64,000 bases of DNA, from NCBI GenBank assembly GCA_964609395.1, contig CAZSRU010000001.1:7324-71323 (forward strand), in the 5' to 3' direction. The stretch comes from an uncultured Victivallales bacterium (lineage in GTDB: Bacteria; Verrucomicrobiota; Kiritimatiellia; UBA8416). The translations under genes and the position numbers were made by a program. Positions 10,618 to 20,305 of the stretch are shown here, piece after piece. Each line of letters starts with the position of its first letter. The stretch's first letter is position 1. Below the pieces are notes generated by a model. It was not told where the DNA came from. It worked only from the letters and a program-made list of their open reading frames with translations, and made no database searches.

Positions 10618-12707
10618 AGGATTTTAGGCATTCCGATTTGCTGGTGGCCGCGGCGATGATCCTGATCTTGTCCGTGCTGATTCTCCCGATTCCGACACCA
10701 CTGCTGGATGTGATGCTCGTGCTGAGTATCGCCATGGGGGCGCTCGTTCTATTTATCACGCTTCAGTTGAAGGATGCCCTTCAGCTTTCCTCATTCCCTT
10801 CCATGCTGCTGATGCTGACGCTTTTCCGGCTGGCTCTCAATGTTGCCACCACACGCCAGATTCTGCTCACGGGTTTTGCTGGCAACGTGATCCAGTCGTT
10901 TGGCGATTTCGTGGTGGGTGGCAACTATGTTGTCGGTGTGGTTATCTTCCTGATCCTGGTGCTTGTGAATTTCATGGTGATCACCAAGGGAGCGGGGCGC
11001 ATCGCCGAGGTGGCAGCCCGGTTTACGCTGGATGCTATGCCAGGCAAGCAAATGAGTATCGATGCCGATCTGAATGCCGGGCTGATTGATGAAGCGACAG
11101 CCCTGCGTCGTCGCGAGGGGCTTTCCAGCGAGGCTGATTTCTACGGGGCGATGGATGGTGCCAGCAAGTTTGTCAAAGGCGATGCGGTGGCCGGCCTCGT
11201 CATTACCGCCATCAATATCGCTGGCGGTTTTGCGATCGGCATGATGCAGCAGGGTATGGGTGCGATCGAGGCCTTGCAGAAATATACACTCCTGACGGTG
11301 GGTGATGGCCTTGTCTCGCAGATTCCCGCGTTGGTGATCTCGACGGCAGCCGGCATGCTGGTGACACGCGCCGCTTCGGATCAAAGCCTGGGCGAGGACA
11401 TCAAATCGCAGCTTTTCATGCGCCCCAAGCCTCTGTATGCGACGGCGGGAATGCTCGGTGCCATGGCGCTGGTGCCGGGGCTGCCGTTCATGCCGTTTAT
11501 GCTGCTGGCGATGACGATGGGCGGCATCGGGTATTCGCTACGCAAGTTGCCGCCGCCGTCGGAAACCACATCTGCGCCGGGGGGGGCAAAGAAAAAGGCG
11601 CTGCCGGGGAGTGACGAGGCGAAAGCATTGCCCATGAGTCGCCCGGCGGATATCCCGGATGTAAGCGCGATGGATGTTGAAATCGGCTTTGGTCTGGTTC
11701 CTCTGGTTGACCGCGGCCAGGGAGGCACGTTGCTGGATCGGATTACCACGATCCGGCATCAGATGGCCGAAGACCTCGGGTTCATTCTCCCTCCCGTGAA
11801 TGTGCATGATAACGCCAGGTTGCGCAATACGGAGTATGCGATCCGTGTCCGTGGTCTGGAGGTTGCGCGTGGTATCCTGCAGCCGCAGCAGTGGTTGGCA
11901 GTCGATGCCACTGGCGATGTGCATTTTGAAGGCCCGGCACCGGTTAAGGAACCGACCTTCGGATTCCGGGCGTGGTGGGTGAGCGCCGCGCAACGCGAAC
12001 TGGCCGAGGCTCGAGGAATGACGGTTGTGGATGCCAGCGGTGTGCTCAGTACGCATCTGGCTGAGACGATTCGCCGCCATGCCGGGGAGCTGCTGGGGCG
12101 GCAGGATGTCAGCGAGATGATTGATAATGTCAAACAGAAGCATGCGTCGGTTGTGCAGGAGTTGATCCCGGCCCGACTCAGTATCGGTGTCGTACATCGC
12201 GTGCTTCAGTATTTGCTGCGTGAACGCGTTTCGGTTCGCGATCTTGCCTTGATCCTGGAAACCCTTTCTGATCATGCTGCCAAAACGCAGGATCCGGTGA
12301 TTCTTGGCGAACTGTGCCGCCGCTCCCTTGGTGGTCATATTGTGGGGGCCTATCTTGAGGCTGGCAACCGACTTCCCGCCATCGCGCTGCACCCGGAGCT
12401 TGAATCCGCGATGCAAAGCGCGATTCATCGCGAGAACGGTGACTTGGGCGTATTGGCTTTACCTCCGGTGCAGGTGCAGGCTATTCTGAAAAGCGTTGAA
12501 ACCATTCTTCAGGCGGCTCGCAAAAAGAATCGCCATCCGGTAATGGTGGCACTTCCGGTTTTACGGCGGCATATCCGTCGATTAATCGAAGCGCAGGAGC
12601 GAGATCTGGCTGTGCTTTCATTTGTGGAAATACCGGATTTTGTTGATATTGATGTTATCGGGTTGATCAAGACGCCTTCGGGGCAAGCAGGCAAGGGAGA
12701 TGCGTGA
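10608..12707 (+). CDS. flhA: Flagellar export apparatus protein FlhA
   Basis: 699 aa; conserved TM core, FHIPEx-like loop and large C-terminal cytoplasmic domain. Confidence 0.95.
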   Translation: MALKDFRHSDLLVAAAMILILSVLILPIPTPLLDVMLVLSIAMGALVLFITLQLKDALQLSSFPSMLLMLTLFRLALNVATTRQILLTGFAGNVIQSFGDFVVGGNYVVGVVIFLILVLVNFMVITKGAGRIAEVAARFTLDAMPGKQMSIDADLNAGLIDEATALRRREGLSSEADFYGAMDGASKFVKGDAVAGLVITAINIAGGFAIGMMQQGMGAIEALQKYTLLTVGDGLVSQIPALVISTAAGMLVTRAASDQSLGEDIKSQLFMRPKPLYATAGMLGAMALVPGLPFMPFMLLAMTMGGIGYSLRKLPPPSETTSAPGGAKKKALPGSDEAKALPMSRPADIPDVSAMDVEIGFGLVPLVDRGQGGTLLDRITTIRHQMAEDLGFILPPVNVHDNARLRNTEYAIRVRGLEVARGILQPQQWLAVDATGDVHFEGPAPVKEPTFGFRAWWVSAAQRELAEARGMTVVDASGVLSTHLAETIRRHAGELLGRQDVSEMIDNVKQKHASVVQELIPARLSIGVVHRVLQYLLRERVSVRDLALILETLSDHAAKTQDPVILGELCRRSLGGHIVGAYLEAGNRLPAIALHPELESAMQSAIHRENGDLGVLALPPVQVQAILKSVETILQAARKKNRHPVMVALPVLRRHIRRLIEAQERDLAVLSFVEIPDFVDIDVIGLIKTPSGQAGKGDA

Positions 12708-13923
12708 GATGAAGATCCGCCGTTATAAAGGCTCGAGTCGCGAAGAACTCTACCAGTTGATTAACAAGGAGATGGGGCCGAACGCAGTCGTTGTGGCTCC
12801 TGAGACCTCGGGTGGGGGACTATTGACGCGCGGTAAGAAATATGAATTGATCGCGATTCTGGAGGATGCGGAAGAGTCGGGGGCGTCAACCGCAAAGGCG
12901 GCCCCTGCGGGGGGGGCGGCCGACCCTGCGGTCGCAGACGATATGAACCGGTGGCAGCGTATACATACCAGGCAGTGGCGCGAACTGCAAACGAAGATGA
13001 GTCAAATCCAGAAGACCGTGGATACGTTGCAGGCTGGGCATCATGCCCCCCGCGGCGTTGCGCCGGATTCACTGCCTGTGCACGCGGCACTGTGGGACTC
13101 GCGTTTTGTTCAATGGGCAAGGCGGGAAAAAATGGAGCTGCTGGATGCCGATGCGCAACAAGTACGCGCTATTCTGGGCGATTCCCTGCCGATCGAAGGG
13201 CATTTCCAGTTCAAGGGACAGCAAAAGAAACCGCATATTATTGTCCTGACCGGTCCTACCGGATCCGGCAAGACCACGACATTGGCCAAGATGGCGGCAA
13301 TCTGTGCGCATCAGGAGCGCTTGCGTGTCGGTATTGTCAGTATCGATACCTACCGGGTGGCGGCGGTCGATCAGATCCGCGAGTATGCCTCGCTGCTGGA
13401 CATGGAGTTACGCGTTGCGTTCTCGGCGGACGAGGCGCGTTCCGCGATTGCAGAGCTCGCCGATAATGATGTGATTCTGGTGGATACGCCCGGCCGCACC
13501 CATTTTGATGAGATGGGGCTTGCCGTCAGTCACAAGGTTCTGCGGGGAATGGGGGAAATGACGGTCCTGTTAACGATCCCGGCGACCTTGAGTATCAACG
13601 ATCTGGCCGATACGCTGCAGGGGTTCAAGCGCTTTCAGCCGCGTTATCTGGTCGTGACGAAAGTGGATGAGACGCGCCAACCGGTTCTTTTTACGGCCTT
13701 GCCTTTCGAAACGGATTTGAAGGTTGCGTTTGTGACCAATGGGCAGCGGGTCCCGCAGGATATTTTTCCCGGTGACGCCGAGCGGATTGGCGCACTACTG
13801 ATGCCGACGCGAGGGAGCGTTGAGTCCTCACCCAAGCCGTTCAGTTCGGTTTTGCAAGACCGCGTTGACAGTGTTCACGCAACGCGTGCCCGTGCCGCGG
13901 ATGATGCCGGAGGCAGGCAATGA
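12700..13923 (+). CDS. flhF: Flagellar SRP-type GTPase FlhF
   Basis: GPTGSGKTTT P-loop, DTPGR, TKVDE motifs; follows flhA. Confidence 0.9.
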   Translation: MREMKIRRYKGSSREELYQLINKEMGPNAVVVAPETSGGGLLTRGKKYELIAILEDAEESGASTAKAAPAGGAADPAVADDMNRWQRIHTRQWRELQTKMSQIQKTVDTLQAGHHAPRGVAPDSLPVHAALWDSRFVQWARREKMELLDADAQQVRAILGDSLPIEGHFQFKGQQKKPHIIVLTGPTGSGKTTTLAKMAAICAHQERLRVGIVSIDTYRVAAVDQIREYASLLDMELRVAFSADEARSAIAELADNDVILVDTPGRTHFDEMGLAVSHKVLRGMGEMTVLLTIPATLSINDLADTLQGFKRFQPRYLVVTKVDETRQPVLFTALPFETDLKVAFVTNGQRVPQDIFPGDAERIGALLMPTRGSVESSPKPFSSVLQDRVDSVHATRARAADDAGGRQ

Positions 13924-14849
13924 ATGTCGGTAGTAATCTTAATGAGCACACCGGGGATCAGGCCGCCGCCTTGCGTCCGTCAACACCCTTGAGTAAAAAG
14001 ATGGCACCACCCCCTGTCGGTGCGCGTTGTATCGCGATCGGGAGCGGCAAAGGCGGTGTCGGCAAAACCGTGGTTTCGGTCGGATTGGCACTGTCGTTAT
14101 GCGAGCGCGGTCAGCGTGTCCTTCTGTTTGACGGGGATATGGGGCTGGCAAACGTGGACTTGCAGATGGGGTTGGTGCCTGCCTTTACAATACAGGATGT
14201 GATCTTCGGGCATTGTTCGCTTGAAAAGGCCTGTATGCGCATCGAAGGAGGGCCGGATGTGCTGGTGTCTGCCTCGGGTGCTCCCGAACTGGCTGATCTG
14301 AGCCCGGCAAGACGTCAGCTTTTTATTGAGGATCTATTCCGTTTTTCGTCCAATTATGATTATTTCCTGATTGATACCGGTGCCGGTATCGGGCGTGGCA
14401 GCACCGATTTCCTGGCTGCCTGCCCGGAGGTGCTGGTTGTGCTGACGAACGAACCGACCTCGCTGATGGATGCGTATGCCTTGATCAAGACACTGCATCT
14501 GCGGGGTGAGGTACACGGGCTCGGGGTGATCGTGAATATGGTGGATTCGCTTGACGAAGGCGAGCGGGTTTTCTCTCGACTCAATGCGATTGCACGGCAG
14601 TTTCTCGGTGTGTCGTTGGCTCTGGCTGGGGTTCTGGTTTATGATCGGCAGGTCTCGGATGCGATTCGTCAACAGCAAAGCATTGTCCGCTATGCCAGCG
14701 GGGGGGCGGTTGCGCATTGCTTGCGTGATCTGGCCCGCCATATCGAAACCCGCCCTCGGCAACAGGTGGTGCCGCTGAGCTTGGCGCAGTGGGGAAAACA
14801 GTGGGAAGTGACGGCGTTTCTTTCGGCCGAAGGGGATAAGGCATTATGA
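13920..14849 (+). CDS. flhG: MinD-like ATPase FlhG/FleN (flagellar number regulator)
   Basis: Deviant Walker A GSGKGGVGKT; ParA/MinD fold; follows flhF. Confidence 0.9.
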   Translation: MNVGSNLNEHTGDQAAALRPSTPLSKKMAPPPVGARCIAIGSGKGGVGKTVVSVGLALSLCERGQRVLLFDGDMGLANVDLQMGLVPAFTIQDVIFGHCSLEKACMRIEGGPDVLVSASGAPELADLSPARRQLFIEDLFRFSSNYDYFLIDTGAGIGRGSTDFLAACPEVLVVLTNEPTSLMDAYALIKTLHLRGEVHGLGVIVNMVDSLDEGERVFSRLNAIARQFLGVSLALAGVLVYDRQVSDAIRQQQSIVRYASGGAVAHCLRDLARHIETRPRQQVVPLSLAQWGKQWEVTAFLSAEGDKAL

Positions 14850-15157
14850 AGGCGCTCTTATGTCAGATTGCATTGATTGTAGGCGGGATCGTGGCAGCCC
14901 TGTCGCTTGGGGTTAACTTGTTGCGGCATATGGAGCTGTTCACGGCGGTTTTCCGCGCCATCCTTGTTTTTATCGGTACAGTCACCATCATCTTTCTCTT
15001 CCTGCATCTTTTCTCTGTGATCCTGGTCCGTTTTGTTGCCGAGCAGGTGGTCCAGCAACGTAGTCATGCCGATGACGAACAGAATAAGACAAAGCAAGCT
15101 GGTACCTTTGTGCGTACACGCGCAGGAACGGCACCAAAAGCGATTGAACCGAAATGA
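14846..15157 (+). CDS. Small two-TM membrane protein between flhG and fliA (translationally coupled, ATGA overlaps)
   Basis: 103 aa, two hydrophobic helices then charged tail; overlaps flhG stop and fliA start. Confidence 0.5.
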   Translation: MKALLCQIALIVGGIVAALSLGVNLLRHMELFTAVFRAILVFIGTVTIIFLFLHLFSVILVRFVAEQVVQQRSHADDEQNKTKQAGTFVRTRAGTAPKAIEPK

Positions 15158-15927
15158 GTACGCAAACAACCGATATCAAGGATGAGGAATGTGTAGCCCT
15201 GTGGGCGACGCATGTCGCGGCCCCATCGGAGGATTCGGTTGCTCGCCTTGTCGAGTTTTACCTGCCGATGGTGCGCCAGACGGTTGCGCTGATGTCGGTT
15301 TATTGCCGCCCGGACCTTGACCGGGACGACTTGATCCAGCACGCCATGATGGGACTGTGGCAGTGCATCGAGAAGTTTGATCCTCAACGCCAGATCCGGT
15401 TTCGCAGCTTTGCGATGCCGCGGATTCGCGGGGCGGTGCTGGATGCGCTGCGACGGCATGACCCGTTGAGCCGGAATGACCGCGCACTACTGAAAACATT
15501 GCAGGATTCGGTGGCACTTTTCAGTCATCAGCACCAGGCGGTTCCGGATGAGGAAACGCTGGCAGCGCTGGCCGATATCGATGTCGACCGGTTGCATGAT
15601 TTAACTGCGCGTGCCCAGCCTGTGCTCTCGTTGGATGGAATCGGGCTCGAGGACATGGAAGGCAATGGGCAGAGTCTTGGAGACCGGTTGATTGATGAAA
15701 ATGCACCGGATCCACGCCTGGAAACAGTGCGCAACGAGCAGGGTGCCATTTTCAGGAAAGCCTTCAAGCAATTACCGTCACGACAGCAGAAGATCCTCTA
15801 TTTGTACTATTATGAAGACTTGACTTTAAAGGATATCGGCGCAATTCTGGATCTTACAGAGGCGCGTATATGCCAGTTGCATGCAACGGCACTGCTTTTT
15901 TTGAAAGCATTGATGAGAAGCGCGTAA
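15154..15927 (+). CDS. fliA: Flagellar sigma factor sigma28 FliA
   Basis: Sigma70 regions 2-4; region 4.2 HTH LTLKDIGAILDLTEARICQLHATAL. Confidence 0.9.
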   Translation: MSTQTTDIKDEECVALWATHVAAPSEDSVARLVEFYLPMVRQTVALMSVYCRPDLDRDDLIQHAMMGLWQCIEKFDPQRQIRFRSFAMPRIRGAVLDALRRHDPLSRNDRALLKTLQDSVALFSHQHQAVPDEETLAALADIDVDRLHDLTARAQPVLSLDGIGLEDMEGNGQSLGDRLIDENAPDPRLETVRNEQGAIFRKAFKQLPSRQQKILYLYYYEDLTLKDIGAILDLTEARICQLHATALLFLKALMRSA

Positions 15928-15956
15928 GCCTGAACGTGTAGTAGACGAAGGATGCG

Positions 15957-16253
15957 ATGAGTAGTTCATTAAGCGCAAGTGATGGTGGAGGCTTGGTGGG
16001 GAAGGATGGGCTTGCCCCTTCGGAGTCTTTGCACCGCGTTTCATCAATCGATCAGAACGGATCGAGAAAGGATGACGGAGCGTCCCGGAACCAGGAGAAT
16101 CCGCGTCGTCGTCCGCCGGTCGAGGACCGTATCGAGCTCAGTGAGGATGCGCTCCGTGAGGCCCTGTTGAATCCCGGGCAGTTGCCGGAAGTCCCCGACC
16201 CCGCGCCGGAAGTTCCCGATTTACCGCCGGTTTCCTTCCGTGCGCAAGTCTAA
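15957..16253 (+). CDS. Acidic, low-complexity small protein; candidate anti-sigma28 factor FlgM
   Basis: 98 aa with GAAGGA RBS; disordered S/G/D/P-rich composition; central motif EDRIELSEDALREAL resembles the FlgM D-K-V-x-L-S motif; position immediately after fliA. The FlgM C-terminal helix is not recognisable. Confidence 0.35.
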   Translation: MSSSLSASDGGGLVGKDGLAPSESLHRVSSIDQNGSRKDDGASRNQENPRRRPPVEDRIELSEDALREALLNPGQLPEVPDPAPEVPDLPPVSFRAQV

Positions 16254-16259
16254 TGGTTT

Positions 16260-16766
16260 TTATGACACGCTGATCTGCGTGTAAAACACGTCGGCGTTGA
16301 GCGTGACCGGCGCGACCATGGTGAGCTTGACACCCGATGGGGTACAGAGATGGTGGTTGACGCCAACCGCGATCGTCGGCAGCGAGAGTGACAGCAGGAA
16401 TCCTTTCTCGGAAAGTCGTGTCTTGGCTCCTCCGGCAGCCATGTTGGCCAGTTCACCCACGACGTCATTCAGTTCATCCGAGGCTACTTCAGCATCACTC
16501 TCCATCATCATCATGCTTCTGAAAATCAGCTTTGCCAACTCTTCGGGGAAAATCAGCGAGAGTTGAGCGCGTACTTCGATGCCGCTTTCAGGATGTGTGC
16601 CTGAAAGACTGATGGTTCCTGAGACATTTCCGGTGGGGGATCCAGCTTCCTTTGATGCAATTTCCCCAACCGAAACGGGCAGCATGACCATTTGGGTAAA
16701 CGTATCTTCAAGGCTCGCGAAAACGGCCGGGGGGATCTGCATCAATAATTCCGTTGTATTGCTCAT
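16260..16766 (-). CDS. CheC/CheX-family phosphatase (start moved to MSNTT ATG 16766, RBS AAGGA)
   Basis: Motif ELNDVVGELANMAAGGAKTRLS typical of CheC-like domains; downstream of cheY. Confidence 0.6.
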   Translation of the reverse strand: MSNTTELLMQIPPAVFASLEDTFTQMVMLPVSVGEIASKEAGSPTGNVSGTISLSGTHPESGIEVRAQLSLIFPEELAKLIFRSMMMMESDAEVASDELNDVVGELANMAAGGAKTRLSEKGFLLSLSLPTIAVGVNHHLCTPSGVKLTMVAPVTLNADVFYTQISVS

Positions 16767-16794
16767 GATTCGGTCCTTGCTGTCTTCGTTGGTG

Positions 16795-17175
16795 TTAGTT
16801 GCCCAGGAGTTCCGCCATTTTAGCCTTGAGGGTTTCGGGGGTGAACGGTTTGACAATGTAAGCATTTGCCCCGCAAGTCAATGCCTCGATGACGTCGTCC
16901 TTCGCCCCTTCTGTCGTTACCATCATGATGGGAACCTTGCCGTAGGACGGCAGGCTGCGAAGTCTCTTGATCAGCTCCAAACCGTCCATGTTCGGCATAT
17001 TCCAGTCAGTCAGCACGCAGTCAAACTGCGCATTCTCGCAAAGCTGGATCGCTTCCTGTCCGTCGGCGGCTTCGGTGACATCGTTGAAGCCGCAGCGGGC
17101 AAGCGTCATCTTGAGGATGCGACGCATGGTCGAGGAATCATCGGCTACCAGTATTTTTGGATCTGATGCGCTCAT
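16795..17175 (-). CDS. cheY: Chemotaxis response regulator CheY
   Basis: 126 aa: ILVADDSSTMRR, LTDWNMPNMDG, PIMMVTTEG, YIVKPF. Confidence 0.9.
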   Translation of the reverse strand: MSASDPKILVADDSSTMRRILKMTLARCGFNDVTEAADGQEAIQLCENAQFDCVLTDWNMPNMDGLELIKRLRSLPSYGKVPIMMVTTEGAKDDVIEALTCGANAYIVKPFTPETLKAKMAELLGN

Positions 17176-17325
17176 AGGCTTTCCATCTGTGCAGGTTTTA
17201 TGAAACTATCTTGATCGGCGAAAAAGAACGAATTGGTGACGTTTAATAGCCTATGTTCGAGCAGAATTCAATCATTAAAACATATGTTATAAACAATCCT
17301 GTGGTGTTTTTTGCCGGTTTGCCGG

Positions 17326-17341
17326 TGGCACTGGATCTGCT
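17326..17341 (+). promoter_or_regulatory. sigma54 promoter TGGCACtggatCTGCT upstream of flgL (-12 C is 14 nt before the ATG)
   Basis: GG at -24 and GC at -12 with exact spacing; 12/16 consensus. Confidence 0.6.
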
Positions 17342-17353
17342 AACAGTCAAGGC

Positions 17354-18280
17354 ATGCGAATTACTCCAGATATGAATATGCGAATGATGTCAGGTGCCAT
17401 GATGCGGCATCAACAAACGTTGTTTGATGTGCGGCGGCAAATGTCTTCTGGACGAAAAGTCAATCTGGCCTCCGATGATCCTGGTGCTTACGAGGCGATC
17501 CAGGGCTTGAAATCGGATTTGTCGCAGTTGTCGCAGTTTGAGCGGAATTCCAATATGGCCCGGCATTATCTAACGATGCTGGATAGCAGCCTGGACAAGA
17601 CCGTGAACCTGGTGCATCAGGCCAGTGAGTTAGCCGTGCGCGCGAGCGATGCCACATTGGATCCCGGCACGCGCGAGGCCATGGCACAACAGGCGGAGCA
17701 ATTGTTGCAGTCGCTTCTGGCCGTGGCCAACAGTTCCGAGGGCGGCCGCTATAATTTTGCCGGCCTGAGGGCGAGTGAGAAACCGTATGTCGAGCAGGTT
17801 GATCCGGTAACCGGTCGGATTACCGCTGTGGTATATGCGGGAAGCGAAGAAACCCGGATGATCAAGATCGGCCCGGAACAATACGCGGCGACCAATATTG
17901 CAGGGAGTCAGTCGGTAGGTGAGGGAGGCATATTCCAGACGTCGACACGAGATTTATTTGATAGTGTGATTCGTTTGCGCGATTCGCTGTCGGCTGGTGT
18001 GAATGGTGCGGAAACCGATAACCTTGAACGGCTGAACGACGACTTGAACCATGTTCTGGGTCAAGTGAGCTTGAACGGAGCCCGGCACGAGCAGGTCAAT
18101 ATGAATGTGTCCTATCTGCGTGAGATGCAATTAACCAACCAGCAATCGCTTGCGACGCTGGATTCCGTTGATATGGCGGAAGCAGCCATGCAGCTTTCAC
18201 AGGCGCAAACGGCCTATCAAGCGGCCCTTCACGGTACTTCAACCCTGATGCAGCAAGTGTCCTTGCTGAATTACATGTAA
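17354..18280 (+). CDS. flgL: Flagellar hook-associated protein 3 FlgL
   Basis: N-terminus MRITPDMNMRMMSG...RKVNLASDDPGAY matches FlgL/flagellin D0; flagellin-type C-terminus. Confidence 0.85.
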   Translation: MRITPDMNMRMMSGAMMRHQQTLFDVRRQMSSGRKVNLASDDPGAYEAIQGLKSDLSQLSQFERNSNMARHYLTMLDSSLDKTVNLVHQASELAVRASDATLDPGTREAMAQQAEQLLQSLLAVANSSEGGRYNFAGLRASEKPYVEQVDPVTGRITAVVYAGSEETRMIKIGPEQYAATNIAGSQSVGEGGIFQTSTRDLFDSVIRLRDSLSAGVNGAETDNLERLNDDLNHVLGQVSLNGARHEQVNMNVSYLREMQLTNQQSLATLDSVDMAEAAMQLSQAQTAYQAALHGTSTLMQQVSLLNYM

Positions 18281-18296
18281 GCCCGCCCCCCGGGCT
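18281..18296. terminator. Short GC hairpin AGCCCGccccCGGGCT between convergent flgL and fliN
   Basis: 6-bp perfect inverted repeat; no T-tract. Confidence 0.3.
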
Positions 18297-18298
18297 GC

Positions 18299-18727
18299 TC
18301 AGAGCGAATTGATCCGGTCCTCTGGTTTTACCAGTTTGGTGATTCGGATCCCGTAACTCTCGTCGACAACCACGACGTCGCCCTGGCCGACGGCGGTTCC
18401 ATTGACGATTAGATCGGCGGGGCTTCCAGCCGTGCGGTCCAGTTCGATGATGGAACCGGGTGCCAGGTTCAGGACCTCACGGATCGTCAATCGGGAATTG
18501 CCGACTTCGACTTTGATCTCGACGGGAATATCCATGATGAGTTTCAAATTGCCGTCTCGATCCGGAGTTCCGCGTGGACTCTCCTTGAGGCTGTCGATAT
18601 CTACGGGATGTACCGCGACTGTGGCCTGTTGAGGCGCTGCTTGCGCGGGCTCTTGATTCTGATCGAGCATTCGCATCATTTCGCGTTCTTCCTCTGTCAT
18701 GTTTTCCATCTCGTTTGTGTCGCTCAT
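18299..18727 (-). CDS. fliN: Flagellar motor switch protein FliN (start moved to MSDTNE ATG 18727, RBS AAAGAGG)
   Basis: Conserved SpoA-type C-terminus LNLAPGSIIELDRTAGSPADLIVNGTAVGQGDVVVVDESYGIRI. Confidence 0.9.
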   Translation of the reverse strand: MSDTNEMENMTEEEREMMRMLDQNQEPAQAAPQQATVAVHPVDIDSLKESPRGTPDRDGNLKLIMDIPVEIKVEVGNSRLTIREVLNLAPGSIIELDRTAGSPADLIVNGTAVGQGDVVVVDESYGIRITKLVKPEDRINSL

Positions 18728-18743
18728 AGAGGCCTCTTTGGTC

Positions 18744-19784
18744 TTATGTTTTCGGTTTTGTTGCGGGAGGGGCAGGTGTGGTGGCGGACGTTGGGGCCGG
18801 GCGCGTTGAGAACAGTTGCTGTACGGACACCGCCATCTGGCCGTGACGGGCACCCGCCCGGACGAGGCCGATGTCGCGGTCGCCGACTTGGATGACGAGC
18901 GGGTCGCCAGCTCGGCGTCCAAGCTTGATGATGTCGCCAATCTGGAGATCGCCGAGTTCCCGTGCGCTGACCTGTGCGCGTCCCAGTTCAACATGGGTGC
19001 TCAAGGGGGCCAGTTCGATAGCCTGTAGCGCGTTCTGACGGATTTCTGCCAGCCGGCCGACAGCCGTGGTGTTTGTATGTGCCTCGGCGCGCTGGAAGAT
19101 GGCCTGTAGCGTGCTGAATGGGTAGCAGATCTGCAGGCGACCTTCCGCTTCGTTGAGTTTCAGTTTGAGTACCCCGCAAAGGCAGGGGGTGTCCAGCGGG
19201 GCGACTTGTGCCTGTTCGGGGTCGACGCCCTGCGAGAAGACGGAGAACTGTAACGGCTGTACGCCGCTCCAAGCCAACACCAGTTCATCCATGATGCGGT
19301 CAACCCACGTGCGCAGGATATCCAGTTCCAAAGCGCTGAATTCCCTGGTCGGTTCGGTAGCGCTGGCGACACCGTCGCCACCCAGTAGCATATCGAGGAT
19401 GATCTGCCCCAAGGGCGGGGCCACTTCGATGGCGATTGGGCCGGCGTCTATAATGGAGACCCCCAGCAGGTATGTCGGGCTTTCCAGTGCCAGCATGAAC
19501 TCCCCGTAACTGACTTGGTCGAGGGCGCTCAGCGTTGTTTCTCCAGAGATCTTAAACATGGAAAACATCAGGCTTTGCAGGTTCTTGGATAAGCCCTGAT
19601 GCAAGGACTGGAGCTGCTGGAGGTGTTCTGCCGACAGCAACTGAGGCTTCCTGAAATCATAGGCTACCACCTTGATGTCGGCCGCCGGTCGGGCGCGCGG
19701 TTCCTTCGCCACCTCCTCGATTCGCCCCGTGCGGACCGCATCTCGCAGCGCATCAATTTCAGCTTGGGTCAACGTTTCGGCCAT
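18744..19784 (-). CDS. fliM: Flagellar motor switch protein FliM
   Basis: N-terminal CheY-P binding motif LTQAEIDALR; FliM middle domain and FliN-like C-terminus. Confidence 0.9.
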   Translation of the reverse strand: MAETLTQAEIDALRDAVRTGRIEEVAKEPRARPAADIKVVAYDFRKPQLLSAEHLQQLQSLHQGLSKNLQSLMFSMFKISGETTLSALDQVSYGEFMLALESPTYLLGVSIIDAGPIAIEVAPPLGQIILDMLLGGDGVASATEPTREFSALELDILRTWVDRIMDELVLAWSGVQPLQFSVFSQGVDPEQAQVAPLDTPCLCGVLKLKLNEAEGRLQICYPFSTLQAIFQRAEAHTNTTAVGRLAEIRQNALQAIELAPLSTHVELGRAQVSARELGDLQIGDIIKLGRRAGDPLVIQVGDRDIGLVRAGARHGQMAVSVQQLFSTRPAPTSATTPAPPATKPKT

Positions 19785-19792
19785 GATCCGCC

Positions 19793-20305
19793 TTATTGGA
19801 TTAGAAATTCACTGAAGACCACTTCCAGCACCGTCCCAATGGCTCGGTCGCTTAACATCGCGTTTATCTCGGTCGCGATATCGCGTTTCAGCGTTTCTCG
19901 GTCTTCCTGCGATTCAAGTTGTTCAAGGGTGCGCCGCCCGGCAGCGGAAATGACGCGATCCTGGACGACCGGTTCGATAGACCTCAGGTATTCCTCGACC
20001 TTTGTATCGCTCAGGACCAGGTGTGCCTCCAGGCGAAGCACCCGCGTCATCCGTGTCCCGGCTACATTCACGGTAATCGACTTGACGGGCAGTCTTACGG
20101 GGGTAGCCGCCGCCTCCCGATCTGCCTTTGGCACTTTTGGCTCGCGTGGCGCCAGTGTTGTGCGCACAACCATGTAACTGGCTGCCGGGGCGATCAGCAT
20201 GACTGCCAGCCCAAAGATCACGACAAACAGATTGCTGTTTTTTCGCCTAGCTTTGGTGCCCTCGGCTTGATCTGCAACATCATCGTTAGTCTCAGCCATG
20301 ATCAT
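19793..20305 (-). CDS. fliL: Flagellar basal body-associated protein FliL
   Basis: Single TM (LFVVIFGLAVMLIAPAAS) then periplasmic FliL domain; sits between motB and fliM. Confidence 0.8.
   Translation of the reverse strand: MIMAETNDDVADQAEGTKARRKNSNLFVVIFGLAVMLIAPAASYMVVRTTLAPREPKVPKADREAAATPVRLPVKSITVNVAGTRMTRVLRLEAHLVLSDTKVEEYLRSIEPVVQDRVISAAGRRTLEQLESQEDRETLKRDIATEINAMLSDRAIGTVLEVVFSEFLIQ

Noticed and set aside
18728-18994. N-terminal extensions in the ORF track for fliN, flgB, the asnB-like gene, cheX-like, fliW, flgF-like and pseF-like
   Set aside because: The extensions overlap upstream genes or promoters and lack an RBS. Internal ATGs with Shine-Dalgarno sequences, matching conserved protein N-termini, were used instead
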